The translations under genes and the position numbers were made by a program. A model generated the notes under the pieces. That model saw only the letters and a list, made by a program, of their open reading frames with translations. It ran no database searches and was not told where the DNA came from. 36,924 bases of DNA from Octopus bimaculoides (Eukaryota), in NCBI RefSeq assembly GCF_001194135.2, contig NC_068985.1:47000912-47037835 (forward strand). Direction: 5' to 3'. Each line of letters begins with the position of its first letter. The first letter of the stretch is position 1. Shown here in pieces: positions 36,746 to 36,924 of the stretch.

Positions 36746-36784
<39 letters not shown>

Positions 36785-36875
36785 CTAGCAGAAATACCCG
36801 GCGTTGCCCGGGTTAAAGAGAATAATGAAATCTAAAAACGCCGTCTAGACTACGCAGCATCTTTATATATAGAGA
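36785..36875 (-). mobile_element. 91-bp complete non-autonomous mini-Helitron
   Basis: Minus strand reads A|TCTCTATATATAAAG...CCCGG-GCAACG-CCGGG-TATTTCTG-CTAG|T. It shows a 5' TC, GC-rich subterminal hairpin, 3' CTAG, insertion between A and T, and no TSD. Confidence 0.8.
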
Positions 36876-36924
36876 TGTATATACACACACGCACCCAAAC
36901 ACACGAATATATATGTATATCAAT

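Overview
Eukaryotic, AT-rich, extremely microsatellite-dense DNA with 12 N-gaps (~4.1 kb, mostly flanked by (AT)n/(AC)n), typical of a short-read assembly. The SINE families and repeat landscape resemble Octopus/coleoid cephalopod DNA (recall-based inference, not a search result). I can support no intact host gene, rRNA, tRNA or CRISPR array; nearly all supplied ORFs are microsatellite or N-run artefacts. The window is a transposon graveyard. It holds three R4/Dong-like (restriction-like endonuclease) non-LTR fragments, each anchored in an (AAT)n array, and two decayed Tc1/mariner elements (one DD37D, maT-type). It also holds fragments of CR1/L2-like, L1/Tx1 and RTE LINEs, two tRNA-derived SINE families in many copies, a 91-bp complete mini-Helitron, foldback/inverted repeats and an 88-bp minisatellite. 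The most interesting signals are a minimal hammerhead ribozyme with an intact catalytic core (21321-21355, minus, Penelope-type), the AAT-targeting retrotransposon nest at 1-1790, the mini-Helitron, long inverted repeats that could form dsRNA, and one orphan Pro-rich 30-bp coding-like repeat (28609-28743). I found no convincing evidence of a wholly new multi-gene system.
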